NCBI GenBank assembly: GCA_964036045.1
Contig: OZ038378.1
Coordinates: forward strand, 125,860,001-125,924,000
Direction: 5' to 3'
Length of the DNA stretch: 64,000 nucleotides
DNA from: Eutreptiella sp. 'Long Island Sound 2002'
Taxonomy: Eukaryota; Protista; Euglenida
Position 1 is the stretch's first letter, and each line of letters starts with the position of its first letter. Under the pieces are notes generated by a model. The model was not told the DNA's origin and did no database searches. It saw only the letters and a list, made by a program, of their open reading frames with translations. A program made the position numbers and the translations under genes. Of the stretch, positions 47,620 to 60,379 are shown in pieces.

Positions 47620-50600
47620 TCACACACTTAATGGGCACTTGGCTGCATGGTCCCCTGGGTGGGATCCCGACCCTCGCGGCGGGGACTGTCATCAATGGTG
47701 TGGGTATGCACAACCACATGCAAGCCCAACTTGCCTCGCAAGAGGCTTAGGTCCCCACTATTGCGCAACATGCCCTTCAGTCTCCGGTTCCTCCCCTCCA
47801 TTGTAAAACATACAAATTTGGAGAGGGTTCGCCACTGACAAGCAAAAAAATGCAAGTGGTCTATCTACAAGTGGGACCACACAAGTTTCGCCAACTGCTA
47901 TATAGATGCGCTTCATCAGCTGCAATACTATACTGCCTCAACCGCTTTAGGTTACCCCCAGTGAACCACCGTGTCTGCCATGCAAACACACACATGGCAC
48001 TAACACTAGTCAACCACTTGTGGCATACGTCCACCTAGAGTTGTGCTGCAACACGTCCGCCTTCCATCCAGCCCTTATGGATACACTCATCTATTAGGGT
48101 TTCCCAGCCCTTGTTCCGCATGAGGTGCACTCCTGCAGCACACGCAAGTCGATTCTTCCCCTTTTGGTTGGCCCCTCATAATTTGGGGCCCCTCGCGTGC
48201 ACATTTTCGCCGCTAGCCGGGCCACAATTCGTATAGGTGGGGGGAGAGTGCAAGCGACCTTGGCAAGTCTTGCCATTGGCTGCCACTGCAGCATCCCTCA
48301 TATCATACATACCACATGTACAAACCCGCATAACACCGTGCAACCCATAATCAGGGATGCGGCATGCGGTGGAGAGGTGCCGGAAAACAACACTAATGGG
48401 GAGGTTGGCATCCCACATCGTTTCGATTGTTTAACTGGTGCCAACATTGGCCAAGCAATCAGCACTATTACGACCACAACATTGCGTGTGGGGGCTTGGC
48501 TTCCAGTTCTTGCACCCATTTAGCAAGGTTTGCGCCTTTTGATCGGCACAAAGGAAAGACGGGGGTTGCCGTGTTGCCCCTAAAGTGCCTACGATGGTGA
48601 CCTTGCTTGCATCAACCACCTCATGTGCGAAGCCAACCTCTTGCGCCAGTGCATAGATTGCGCTCCACTGCTCGAAGCCTCCTATTAGCCACCAACTTGC
48701 GAGCACATTAGGACTAGTGGTACCCCCTATTGTGCAAAGCACGTAGCTGGGCTCGTGCTGGTTGGTGCCGTCAATGGCTATGGGTACACAATGGTTACGG
48801 GGTGGGGGGTCCAAGGTCCTATATATCTATAGGAGGTACGGCGCGGCACTGGTACAAGTGCCTCACTCGTGCGTGCAAGATGCATGCTGCACCATAGATG
48901 ATGGTGCCGTTCCCGTCTAGGGCTTCCAGGACTCGAGCGGCTGGTTGAGGTAACTGCCGTAGGCGGTCATAGACACCGGGCCATGTTACGCCTATTGCTA
49001 GTTGCGGTGTGGGGTACTAGGCCTCTGTCCGCGATAGGTGGCGTGACCGGAAGCGCCATACAGTGCACGTGGTTTTGTCCCATAGGGTCGGTGCTGTGGC
49101 TGAACACGGCAATGTGTTGTCCTTCTCGAGGGTTAGCACTACCTGCCCAATCTCCAGGCTGAGTTGGCATGTATCAGTGGCTCACAATTCCTTCCCAAAT
49201 ACCTCCTCGAGTGCCTTCAATCTACGGTCCAAGTCGGTTCATGAACGCACGGGGTGGACGAGACCAGGGGCCTTCCTGGCAGTACCGCGGGGCATTGTGG
49301 ACTTTTTGAACAAAGCACAATGCAATACCGGTCACTTTCACAAAAAGTTGGATGTCTGTAGTGCACGAGTAGTGTTCATCACAACCCCCTGGAAGCATGG
49401 TTCCATGGCACGAAAAGTGCAAGAGCATAAAGAAATCTATTCATTAAATTCGCACCAATTTCGCGTGAAATTCATATTCACGGCCACATGCCAACACACA
49501 TGCGAATATGCCGTGGATGTGAATTTCGTGCTAATTTCGCGCAAATATGGCTCACACAAATGGATACCATAGTGCATGTGAATGGAATGATACCTCGCAT
49601 TGCGTTGGCTCTCACTAGTCGTGACTGCCTGTGGCTTGATTGCCTTTGGGCTGGCTGCTATCACCCCCATGGCCGCCCGCCTATGGGGTTCATGACCCCC
49701 CTAGGGGTATCTTGATATTGTGGTCCGTGGCTGCTGCTGCTACACGGGCCGGGGTGTAGTGTGCCTGGACACGCGCATGCGACTCCAACGTAGACCCCAT
49801 GTGCGGAGGACCGCTCCCAAATGGTGTGTTGGGGTTGTTCGCTTGTAATTGGAACTAAACAAGCCACTCCGCAGCGGCCCTCTTATGGTCTCTGCTGGGC
49901 CCATCCATTCGTGCGTACTTGCAAACAAAAATCTGCACTCCCTCGAAGTTGGTGTGTGTGTGGGTGGGGGGCGGTGCACCCCACCTAAGCGACTCATGCC
50001 GGGGATGCTGCTAGTGCTACGGCTGCTCCTACCTCTACTTGTGCCTAAAACGGGCAAAAATTTGCTGCTTCAAGACATCAAACTGGCCCTGTAGTAGGTT
50101 CCTTTCCCGTTCTGCTACCTTCGACGCCGAGACAGTAGAATTGTCTCTCGCTTCGCGATACCTCAAGCTGCCTCCGCAAAGTTTCCAACTCCTTTTAGGC
50201 CTTCTCGCGCTGCTGAGATTGCTGCTGTTGTTACTACTATAGTTAATGGGTGATTTTGGGGTGCAAGGGGGTTCCCGTGGACCTCGGGAGGTGGCCGCAC
50301 GGGGGACTTTCCTTGGCCGACCGGTTGTGCCTGCCTTGGGTCTGCGTGGGCTACGACTCCACCGGTATCCCGCTAAAGACCGCCTGCACGCGCGTTCGTC
50401 CCCATCCCCCTCTTCTGCCGTCCCTTCTGCCTAGGCGCGAGTCCCCCGAACGGTGTGGTTGCGCATGCATAGCCATGCACTGTCCACCCAATCATCATTC
50501 CATGGCCCCTAATGCCTAATGGCATTCAAGGCAACACACCAGCTCGATGTACGACCCCCCCCCCCCCGCGACGGTGAATGGTAGGGTCCACTTTCCAGTG

Positions 50601-50950
50601 GCCGCTCTTGAGGCGATAGCCAAAGCGAGCCACTGGAACCTCGCCTTCCTTTGAACGCATGGTAAAACCCTCCTTCATGGTCACCGGACATCGGAAGCTG
50701 GTGGTTTGGGGGGCTTCGCATTCTCCCCCATTGGGGATGGTGGCATTCAACCTCCGGGCTACGCCAAAAATTCACTACAACCCCCCCTACCCGGGGGTAG
50801 AGGTGGCTTCCGAACAAAAGGCGTGCCCTGATGTGGGCAAGGGTGCAATCGAACCCGGGCTCGGGATCGGACTCGGCCCAGGGCTGTGGGCCGGATTCCG
50901 ACCCAGTGTGGGACCAACTGGAGTTGTCAGCCTGCTGCGCAGGCCCCTTG
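47620..50950 (-). mobile_element. Ty3/Gypsy-like LTR retrotransposon remnant (gag? - protease - RT N-half), with an unrelated repeat inserted at ~49440-49580
   Basis: Protease-like VPIAIDG...TIGGTTS...QTLLNGCKNW, then RT motifs LIDECIHKGWME, VVD(*), KFVCFTMEGR..LKGM and HTIDDS (YxDD equivalent), truncated after that. No LTRs identified. Confidence 0.55.
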
Positions 50951-52407
50951 TCAGGGTGCTACTAGCTATGGGGCTTGAAGCGCCTCTCAGTGTGGAAGGA
51001 GCTGGGGTGGTGGCTCCCACCATTGGACATATCTTGTGAGAATTGCGCAGTACCTTTGAAAAATTAGTGTGAAAATTGTGCGAAATTGGTGAAATATCGG
51101 TGCAACATTTTTGTGTAATTCGCATTACACATCATTTTGGTCGAAATACGCATTATTTTTTATTTGGACACCCTTCGTGCAAACCTAGAGCGAAATTCGT
51201 GCGAAAATGGCATGCAATGTGTTTACACAACGAAGTATGCAGCCCAAAAGAATACCCACACGTCACACGGGCATGTGAAAAACCACAGCCCCAGTTTGCT
51301 TCCTTTGGCGGCCTTGAGGCGGGGGCAACGGTGATGAGCTGCCACGCCGTTGCGGGGCGCGTTGCTGGGACAACACCACCGAGGGCGCGTTGCTGGGACG
51401 ACACCACCGAGGGCGAAGCGGACACTAGCATGCGCTCCGGTGGTCCTTGCCTTCAGGACCTCCAACTAGTAGGGTCCACGCCACAAAATGACTTGACCTT
51501 CCCCGGCTGGGAGGTGGGCGCTGTGGGGGCTCCTCCGTAAGAGGAATGTCGGGTGCAACTCACAGGTGGGACCGACACCCGCCTCCATAGGGTTGAAGAT
51601 GGCATCCATTATATCCTTGTTAGCACTGAAGACCCAAATTGAATCCAATATATTTAAATTTTGGCCAAAAATTGATTGATTAAAAAAATGGCCGCTGTTG
51701 CGGGGGGTTAAGGGCGTTCCTCAGAAAAATTTTCACCCCCATGGGGTGCCTTGTGTGTTTGTCCGCCATTTTACCCCGTGGGTGGGTGTGTGTGGGGGGG
51801 GGGGGGGGTCCACCTGTGTTGATGTGTAAAAATATCAAAATGGCCCTCGGCTATAAAATTTGAGATTAATTTTTGGTTTAAAATTTGCCAATTTTAAATA
51901 TTCTGCGTCGCCAGGATTCAAAATGAAACCAAGAAAATTTAAACCAACTTTCCTAAAACGAAATATCCCTACAAAAGCACAAAAACAAACAAAACATACC
52001 CATTGGCCTTCGCGGCTCATGTCCTTGGCCATTCGGGCCATTGTTCACGTGTTACACCTCTCGGGGCCCCTTGTCTCGGGCCTAGACCTTGGGACCCGTC
52101 TTTGGGTCCCATAGTGCAGGGGTGGCTTGGCTGGGATTGAGGGGGTCAGGGGTGTCACTTGGTTTGGGTTGGTTGGGTGGAGGGTCATTCGGGGGGTTAG
52201 CGGGCTCGGTCCGGGGTTCCTAACTTGTGTCCATGGCCATGCGGGCCACCGTAATACCTAATAATAATACCTTACACCCCCCCCCCTCCCCCCCCCCCAC
52301 ACGCACTTTGTGAGGAAAACAAAAACCAACCCAATGCGGGCACAAACACACACCACCATCTTACATTATACCCCCCTTTTACCTCATACCTCCCCGACCC
52401 CTCCTCC

Positions 52408-52416
52408 ACCCGAAAT

Positions 52417-52494
<78 letters not shown>

Positions 52495-52512
52495 ACACAC
52501 ACACGCACACAC
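52408..52512 (+). repeat. (CA)n microsatellite, ~50 units
   Basis: Direct sequence. Confidence 0.97.
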
Positions 52513-55249
52513 AACAATTAAGGTTTGGGAGGGTATGCCCCTTTCTTGTTGTAGGTGGACGGGACAACCCAATGCAGAACCAAGAGACAGGGGTTGGAGG
52601 TATGGCTGTGTGTGCATGTGTGAGTGTGTGTGTGTGTTCGTTGTGGCTAGGCCCAAAAGCAGGTTGAGGGGCTATCGTGGCGTTTGGGGTTGTGGTGTGT
52701 GGGGGTGTGGCTTCCAGGGTTTTGGTGTGTGTAGCTGTGGTTTGTGGGGCTGCGGTGTGCGGGGGGGGGGGGAGGGGGGTCCCTAAGCCTTTAGTGTTTG
52801 GCGTTATTGTTTCTCTACACAAAAATGGGTGCATAGCGTCACATAGGGTGGGTGGGGGCGATGGCAAGATCGTCCCAGCAGATCTGCCATCGGAAGGGGA
52901 GGGTGGAGTGGTCCTCCCTTTCAAGAAGGTCCAATCCGTGAAGGGTGACCATGTCACATCCCAATGGAAGGGTGACAACATTGTCAACAGGGTAGACCTT
53001 GCACACCCCCTCCTGGGGTTACCCTGCTCATGCCGCCCCCCATAATAACAAGAAGACTTTCCACCGCCTTGTCCCCCGGAATAAGCCTAAGGGGTAAAAT
53101 CCTTCAAACCGCCCCCTTCAACCCTACCCATAGCCTTGTACTTCACCCCATGCGGCAGTACACTTGAGTGTGCTCTAGGGATTGCACATCGATGTGCACT
53201 ACCAGGGGGGAGGGTTGTTGTTGTTTGCCCGCCCATTGCAAAATAGACCCTACATAACAGTCATCGGAGTCGTAGGTCGCCTCCTCCAACTCAACGGTAA
53301 CTATGGCAGGAGATTGGTAGTGGGAGTGGGTGTCAGCGGCGAGATCTGGCAGGGATCCTATCTGAGACAAGTGTTGGGACATCTGAGAAGCAAAGCTCTG
53401 TTGCACAAGGGAAACAATGGGTGACATATGGGAAACATATGTGACATGGATGTGAGATGGATGCTAAATTCTTGCGCAACTCGTGTGAAATGGATACGAA
53501 ATTGGTGCTAAACTTGTGTCAAATTTGCGTTTGTCTAAATGGTGTGAATGACCTCTGAATGTGTTTGTGAAAGGGAGTGTGAGTGTACTTTTTTGTGAAT
53601 CCTTGTGTGCATTTCAGCACGGTACCAAAGTGCCATTTGGAAGTCCTTAGTTTTGTTGAATTTTGGGAGAAGAGAGCACAACAAACGGGAACCGTAGCAA
53701 GGCAAAAGGAAAAGAATGAGTCAAAGAGAGGTCAAATACGACCTGCATTCCGAAGCACGGTTCACAAGGGGTTCATTGTCGCAGCAAGGACTGCCACTAA
53801 GCCGGTCCTACATCCTCAGAAGGAATGTGGAGCACAACGCCCTTGTTTTGGACACCCTTGCGTGTGGCCCCGAAATTCCCCGGGAACACAAATCTCGTCC
53901 CCACATCCTCCGTCCCATGCCTGCCCTAGCACAAAGGCAGCGGACCCACACCCAAATGCAGAGGCATCACACCCGTTCCATGCTCCCCGAGGTCAATGCC
54001 TCTGCTAAGCGCCCCTACTTTGACCTTTTGCCCCTCTCTGCCAAAGCACAGCCTCACATGTGCTTCGCTTGTTGCCAATTTGCTATTGCTTGGGCATTCG
54101 AACCAAACAACACCACCCATGAAGTGATGCACACCACAAAGGGTGCCGATCTCCGTCTCCAAGGGGTAGGGGATGTGCGCCACGGTTCCTGCAATTGGGT
54201 CCTCGGGACCGTTGCTTAGTTGCGAGCGAGACGATGTTGAGGGTGGGGGGGGGGGGGGGGGCTACGGCGGTGGTCTTCGGGGCGGACGTGGCTTTGGTGG
54301 TCGTGGTTGGGAGGGGGCGGTGCCTGGGGCTTCTTGGCACGGGGGAGTAAGCCATTGGTGGAGTCAGAAACCAACTAAAAATGAAAACCCTTCCCGCTGT
54401 GCCTGTGAGGCTGGGGCTGAGGTTTGCTTGTCACTGGGGATGGGGCGCTAGTAGTTTGGCGGAGGTTGTGGAGGTGGACTCCCACCCTCCTCCCCACTGC
54501 TTGCCCCTCTGTTACCCGTTACCACCCACAGGTCCCGTTCGTGCGTCCCCATGAACCCTACCTCTACCACCTTGGCCCTGTTCGTGGGCTCCTACCCCTT
54601 CGACGTCACAGAGATGTGAGCTACCGTCCGGCCTGCTTACCAATCCCACAGGCCACCTAGCACAGCAAGGCCCAATGGTGGGTCCTGGGCCAAGAGGAGA
54701 TTGAGTCTTCCCAGGGGCATTTCTTGGGGGCCCCGTGGGCCCCCCCATGTTACACTGGTGCGACCGCTATTGGTCGCATTCGTGGTTAAGTCGGCGACCT
54801 AAAACAACCAAAAATAAAACACAAGAATTAATGTAATTCTTGCAGCAAGTTCATTGACGTCTGCTGCTGAATATATTGCGGTCATTCTTAATATTTGACG
54901 TGCTGGTCCGGAAATGGAAGATTAACCGGCACATATTAGTGCGGACGTTCGAAATATTGACCGACATCCTACATGGAGCATACTTCATACATTGATGTAG
55001 TTCCCACTGCAACCACCACCGCCTTGGCCCGTTTGAAATTGCCAGCCGTGAGGGCGCCTCCGCAGGCTTAACGAACACCTCAGCGGCCCCCGTTGCACTT
55101 TGCGTTGCCCCCGTTGTCGCAATCTTGGGGGCCGGGGGGGGGGGGGGGCTTGGCATGGGCGGCACACATGCTAGTGCACCGCGTCCCGCTTTGGTAGGAC
55201 TGCTCTGCTTATGGGTTGTACGCGAGCAGCGGGAGAGCAGGGATATTAC

Positions 55250-56150
55250 CCAGTGGGAGGAAAATATATGGAGACCTCCCCTACACGCCACAGGTGGAGC
55301 CGGAGCTTGGCCATTGTGCATGGGGTGTTATGAGGGGCCCCATTGGTGCGCAATGGTACGTCGAAGATGAGGAACCACCACTCCCATTCTTCAAATACAA
55401 CCTCGACCTCCTATTAAAACCTAAGGAACAAGGCCCACTACCTCCCTGGGGTTGGTGGTGCTTGTAGGCGCGATTAAGGATGGCGCTAAGACTCTCACTG
55501 ACTTCCGAGCACACTGCGGTCAATCCAACCCCCAACCGTGCCGGCTTAGCCACCGCCATTGTGGTATATCTCCTCACACAACGGGGGTAGTTTGCTTGGC
55601 AAAAGGCCTTGCAACACTTGGCACGATTTGAAAACGCAATCTCCAGGGCTAGTGGGCCCATAGTGCGTGGCTTGTCGGGTAAAAGTCCCCGAGGAGGTCC
55701 CGCATGGCAAGCACCGCTTGCCACTCACCATCCTCCGGGGGGTAGGCCAATAGGGGGCCAACCTCCTGCCACGCATGGAACAACGAACGGGACGGATCAC
55801 GGTCCAACATGGCCGCCGCACCCAACTTAACCGCCGTGCAGGCCCGGTAGAGTACCCGTTGCGCGGCCTCAATGGTCTCCGAGGGGAGGTCCGCGAGGCG
55901 GGCCTCAATGAAGGCGACTTGGCGGCCCATGGCCATGCAACAATGGAGGATGCATTGTCAGACCACACATCCGTAAACCACAATATGCGGGTCCCCAACG
56001 CATCCCCAATTCTCCAAGCTAGGGCCCGTATCCTTGTAGCAGTCACGGGTGGACGCCTGACTGGCCAATGTACGCTGGGTAGCTCAGTTGGACCATGCCA
56101 CCGCACCTTTGTCCCACAACCCCATATTGTACATTGAGCCACCTTGGGCT
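55250..56150 (-). pseudogene. Degenerate DDE transposase, diverged lineage C
   Basis: CILHCCMAMGRQ...AMRDLLGDFY aligns with lineage A VLHFIMALGQ...MRELVRRLY. Also VCSEVSESLSAILNRAYKHH (E motif) and EEWEWWFLIFDVPL. Confidence 0.65.
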
Positions 56151-56399
56151 ATACCAAACCGCGGAAAAGGCGGCGCACGAAGGGTTAGTCTCCCGCAACG
56201 ACTAGTTCATTGTGTACCCACTTGGCTGCCTAATACAATCTCTTGCAATCGTGAATCGATTGCAAAAGCTAAGAGAAAAAAAACTTAAATATATGCATTA
56301 ATATCGGTGCGTCAGTGTACTTCCTTTGTACGAACTGAGTTACTAGTCATGCAAATCGAAATCTTCACCGCGAGATACTAACCAAAAATGAACGAACCA

Positions 56400-56990
56400 C
56401 AAATGGAACGCAAACAGGCCGCCTCACCGACCAATGTACGCCACGTGGCCTCTCCGTTGGGCTCATCAACCATGGTGCACTACGTCACAAACCCACATAC
56501 TTGTCGGGAATTGGGATAGCTGTGTGCGGTGACAAGAACATGGCCGTGCTAGCAATAGTTTGGGTCGACAACTTGTAGGTTTGTGCCCCATTCGTTGTTT
56601 GACAATTTCCCCGTGAATATATCCGGGTTCATTTTCTAGATTTTAGTGGGTATCAATTTAGCTTATAAAAATTCAGTTAGCGTCAACGCGCACACCTTCA
56701 TCCATATAACAACTGCCTTTTTCTCGTAGGTTTTGCCATCTGTTCGGGATTGCAAGAAGTTAATACAAGTGGGTACATAACGAACTCGTGATTGGGGGAG
56801 ACTACCCCTTCGTGCGCCGCCTTATCTGCGTTTCAATATGGCATATGCTGGGCTCATCTCCTTACAGATGCTCAAGAAGTTCTCCCACGTGGGGATGGGT
56901 TGGAGGAAAAGATAACCCATTGCGGCTGTGTATGCGACCCCCGCCGCATCATGTACTCGGACACGGTCCAGAACCTTTGGGACGTTACAA
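56400..56990 (+). pseudogene. Diverged transposase fragment D (D1-D2 region) with intron at 56579-56729
   Basis: GLINHGALRHKPTYLSGIGIAVCGDKNM, then GT..AG, then WVHNELVIGGDYPFVRRL. Confidence 0.6.
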
Positions 56991-57338
56991 TCCATGAGGA
57001 CCCCAAGTAATTCGGGTGCGGGAAAAAGGAAGGAAGTACATTGCTTCACGGCCTCCATTTGGTTAGTGAGAGTAACTGTGGGGTAGCCCGCCTCCGTGGC
57101 CTTGGCCCACCGTGACTTGGTCAAACGGAATGAAGCCACCAACTTAGCAAGGAGTTGTGCGACCAAATGGTCACGCAAACTTGTGGCACTACTGAATCAT
57201 GTAGGCAAGATGCTGTAAGGATGCACCGAGCGGACACCTTATAAACCTGGAGCAGCTTTTGGCACGTGCATCGGAAAAATTGCCCCCGTAGCGCACTTTA
57301 TACGGTGCGCCCCCGCAGAGGAAAAAATCCATAGGATG

Positions 57339-57950
57339 TCAAAAAAACGGGGTGGGGTACCCGCACACAACCACACGGGCAAACGAGCATAGGAGTACAA
57401 ATTCACTCTTCAAAGTTTTCCAACCCATTGTTAAAAAAAAGCACTTGTCGGGCACCTCCGAACAACTGGGTATGTGGCCTAGGAGCAGCAATACGTCATT
57501 CCCACTGCTCCGGCCCGATTGGGGCTGGGCGTCATCGGTTTGGGTAATCCCTGGGCGTACCATGGATCTCGGGGGGTGGGCTCCTGGGGTTGATGTCAAC
57601 AATGGTTTCCGGTTGGCATACTCATTTGGGTAATGGTCGCCTTCCTGCAAGAAGGTCCAAGGCGGTGCTATACAATATGCTTCATCCACATGAATGAACT
57701 CCATGTTAACAGTTGCTCTGCTTGAATAGCCAAGCCGGGGAACCTTCTTTGTAGGCGGTTTAACGTACGAAGGGGAGTAACGGCCGCTGTTGCTTGTGAG
57801 CATTGCGTTACTGGTAGGAGCATCAATGCTGATAGCGGAGCTTGAAGTAGTTACATCAGAGGACGAACTAGAGGAACTGCTTAAAATCCTTTGGTCACGT
57901 CTTGCTGAACTACTTGCACCTGCAACAATGCACCTGTGTAGCGTGTCCTA
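57339..57950 (-). pseudogene. Second, diverged copy of the Ser-rich/EGDHYP accessory ORF
   Basis: LQEGDHYP..RKPLLTSTPG..VRPGIT..LLGHIPSCSEVPDKCF, homologous to 16925-17480. Confidence 0.55.
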
Positions 57951-58357
57951 GTGACCTAGACTGAAGTGAATATGGTTTATCTTTAATATTTTAGATATTG
58001 AATGGATAGCATGTTAGCCGGCTAAAGATCACCATGTTGACCCCCTTTCCGGTCATCTTGTGTCACTCTTTTTGTGTGCATACCGCAATATCTAGGGCTT
58101 ATTATGGGTTACATTGCTGCATAAAGGATGGTGGATGCGTTGCAATGGTTGTGGATGGGTATGGCGGACATCGCCTCGTCCCCGGGCCCACCGTTCACCT
58201 CACTCGTACCACTTTTTCCCCTTGTGGAGCTCTTGTGACGCCTTTCTTTCGGGAGACCGTCTCTCGTAGGGATGGTCCGCAGCGCGCACTCCGCACCTTG
58301 GATTAGGGCAAGCATGGCCCTTAAGCAAATGAAGAAAAAAATCCCCTGCGATCCCCA

Positions 58358-58388
58358 CATATGAAGCAAAGTGATTCAGCGACATGTG
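58358..58388 (-). repeat. Fourth copy of the CAC-type transposon end
   Basis: Revcomp is CACATGTCGCTGAATCACTTTGCTTCATATG. Confidence 0.7.
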
Positions 58389-60379
58389 TCGAGGATTGGG
58401 GCGCCCGCGGACACGGTTGTGTACGGCCAAACACATATGGCACAAAGGCACATTTGGGCCCAATAACCAACTGACTTGCCATGGTGGTGCTCTTGTGTGG
58501 CATTGTGCAACCCAACCTCGGACCACCCCGTAGCCCTGGGACGCCCATCTATACCGCTTTGCAAAAGGATGTCGCAAAAACCCACACGGCGTGCATCCGT
58601 GCTCCTCAAAGTAACATCCGCTGGTCCTCTTGAAACATCAGGGGCCCAATTGTAGATTGGGATCCACGGATGACATGGAACATGATGTGGCTGCACCTCA
58701 AGACGTGAAACCCACATTGCGTAACATAACTTGGGCTACAACACTGGCTTTCTCCTAGTCGCAACTGTACTACAACCACAACCCCGTGGTAACATAAAGA
58801 GCGTGGCCTTCTTTGCTAGGGCTCCTCATGATAATGTACAATGGCTTCCCAAGAAGGGCAGGATACGCCTGGCTGTGGGTGGCTAGTAGACTAGACTGGG
58901 TGTACATTGTGGCCACTGGACAGAATTGGTGTGTGCTAGCGCCCTGTTTCTTCTTTACAGCAGCTAGTCTGTGAACAGTGGTAATGTGTTTCCGGTACCA
59001 AACAATGATATTGATCATCTTGATGGTCCTCTCTTTCAAGAAACATGTGTCCAAGAAGTCGTATAGGTGCAAGATCGTTGTCTTATCCGACTTATGGGTT
59101 GGAGCTCTACTCCTGTTGCGCGCATGTGCCTTTCTTGAACAACCAATACCGTGTGTTGTATATAACAATAACGTAAAATAAATTTTCCGTATCCTTGCAT
59201 TCACGGTAAATGAACCCGACAATGTTGTGTGTTCCATTTGTATGTTGATGATTTTGCCGTCGTTGTCTTTTCCGCTGACCCTTGGTACTTCAGCCCCGTT
59301 GTGCAATTCCGCTCTTCATTTGGCGTGGAACTTCTCTGGGAGACACTCCGCTTCCGTTGTGAGCGCGTTTTGGGTTTGGGAGCAAAGTGTAGTGACTAAT
59401 AGTCCCCTCTGCTTCTTGTGTGCCATTTTGACCTAGCTTTTTACGAGTGATGCCTAGAAAAAAGGGTGAGCAGTGGTGGAAGTTCAACAAGATAGACCAT
59501 CCCACGTAGTAAGGGGACGCAGGACAAACGGTGAGAGTGGTAGGGTGCCAACCAAAAGCCGGGGATCTCATGGGCACAAGAAGCAGAGGTGTTACAGGAG
59601 AACTAGGGTGCCATAGCAAAGCCATTGAGAACCATGTGGTGCGCGCAGGTGCACTTGTGTGTCATCGAATTTCGAAAAAAGAGGCGGCGGGTCGACAAAT
59701 CCTCATCTACAGCGCTCGTCTATTTGCACGGCTCAAGATGCGAACTCTCTTGCCGATGCACGGTCGAGAACATTGGCACCGCCACGCCAGCATGCGGTGA
59801 GTATGGAATGGAAGGCAACCACTGGCCAATAGGGTATGAAGAACAGTGGTGCACAACATGGACAAAAGGCACGACAATGGATAGTGCCTAGGGATGGTTG
59901 GAAACACATCACGCAAAATATGCAACGCATGCAAAATATGTAGATCACATTCGGGTATCCATGTACCATAAACGGCTTCTTTATTGTCTCACTTGCATGC
60001 ACACAAATGCAATACATCAATCGTTTCATTCGGATTGTGTCTGAAAGAGACCACAAAGGGAGGTTGGAACAAAATAACAAACCGCAGGGATAAAAAGGAG
60101 AACACTACAACCCTAGGAGGGCCGAATTCTTGTCCATCTTGGAAGCAAACACAAGGTAAAAGAGGAAAGGAACGAGCACAATACACTATCGGGTGGCGAA
60201 CAGTCCCTGCAAAGGGCACCAATATCACACCCCTAGATCACATGGGAGCCCCCCCCCCCCCCCCAAAGCGGACACCAACTGCAAACTGTGGATAGGAGGG
60301 CGGGAGAGGGAGGGGAGGGGGCGGAGGGGGGGCGCCACATACGAAGGAGAGAGCAGGGAGTCACGAAAGAGCATCTGTT

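Noticed and set aside
47620-49430. DIRS/VIPER/TATE tyrosine-recombinase retroelement
   Set aside because: I first read 48431-48814 as RNase H, but it fits an aspartic protease followed by a Gypsy-type RT start. No convincing recombinase R-H-R-Y tetrad.
52272-52987. CV/HT-repeat ORFs
   Set aside because: Artefacts of the (CA)n microsatellite.
58770-60000. Further RT/RNase H remnant
   Set aside because: Only a weak GCHS..ENH resemblance; no ordered motif set.
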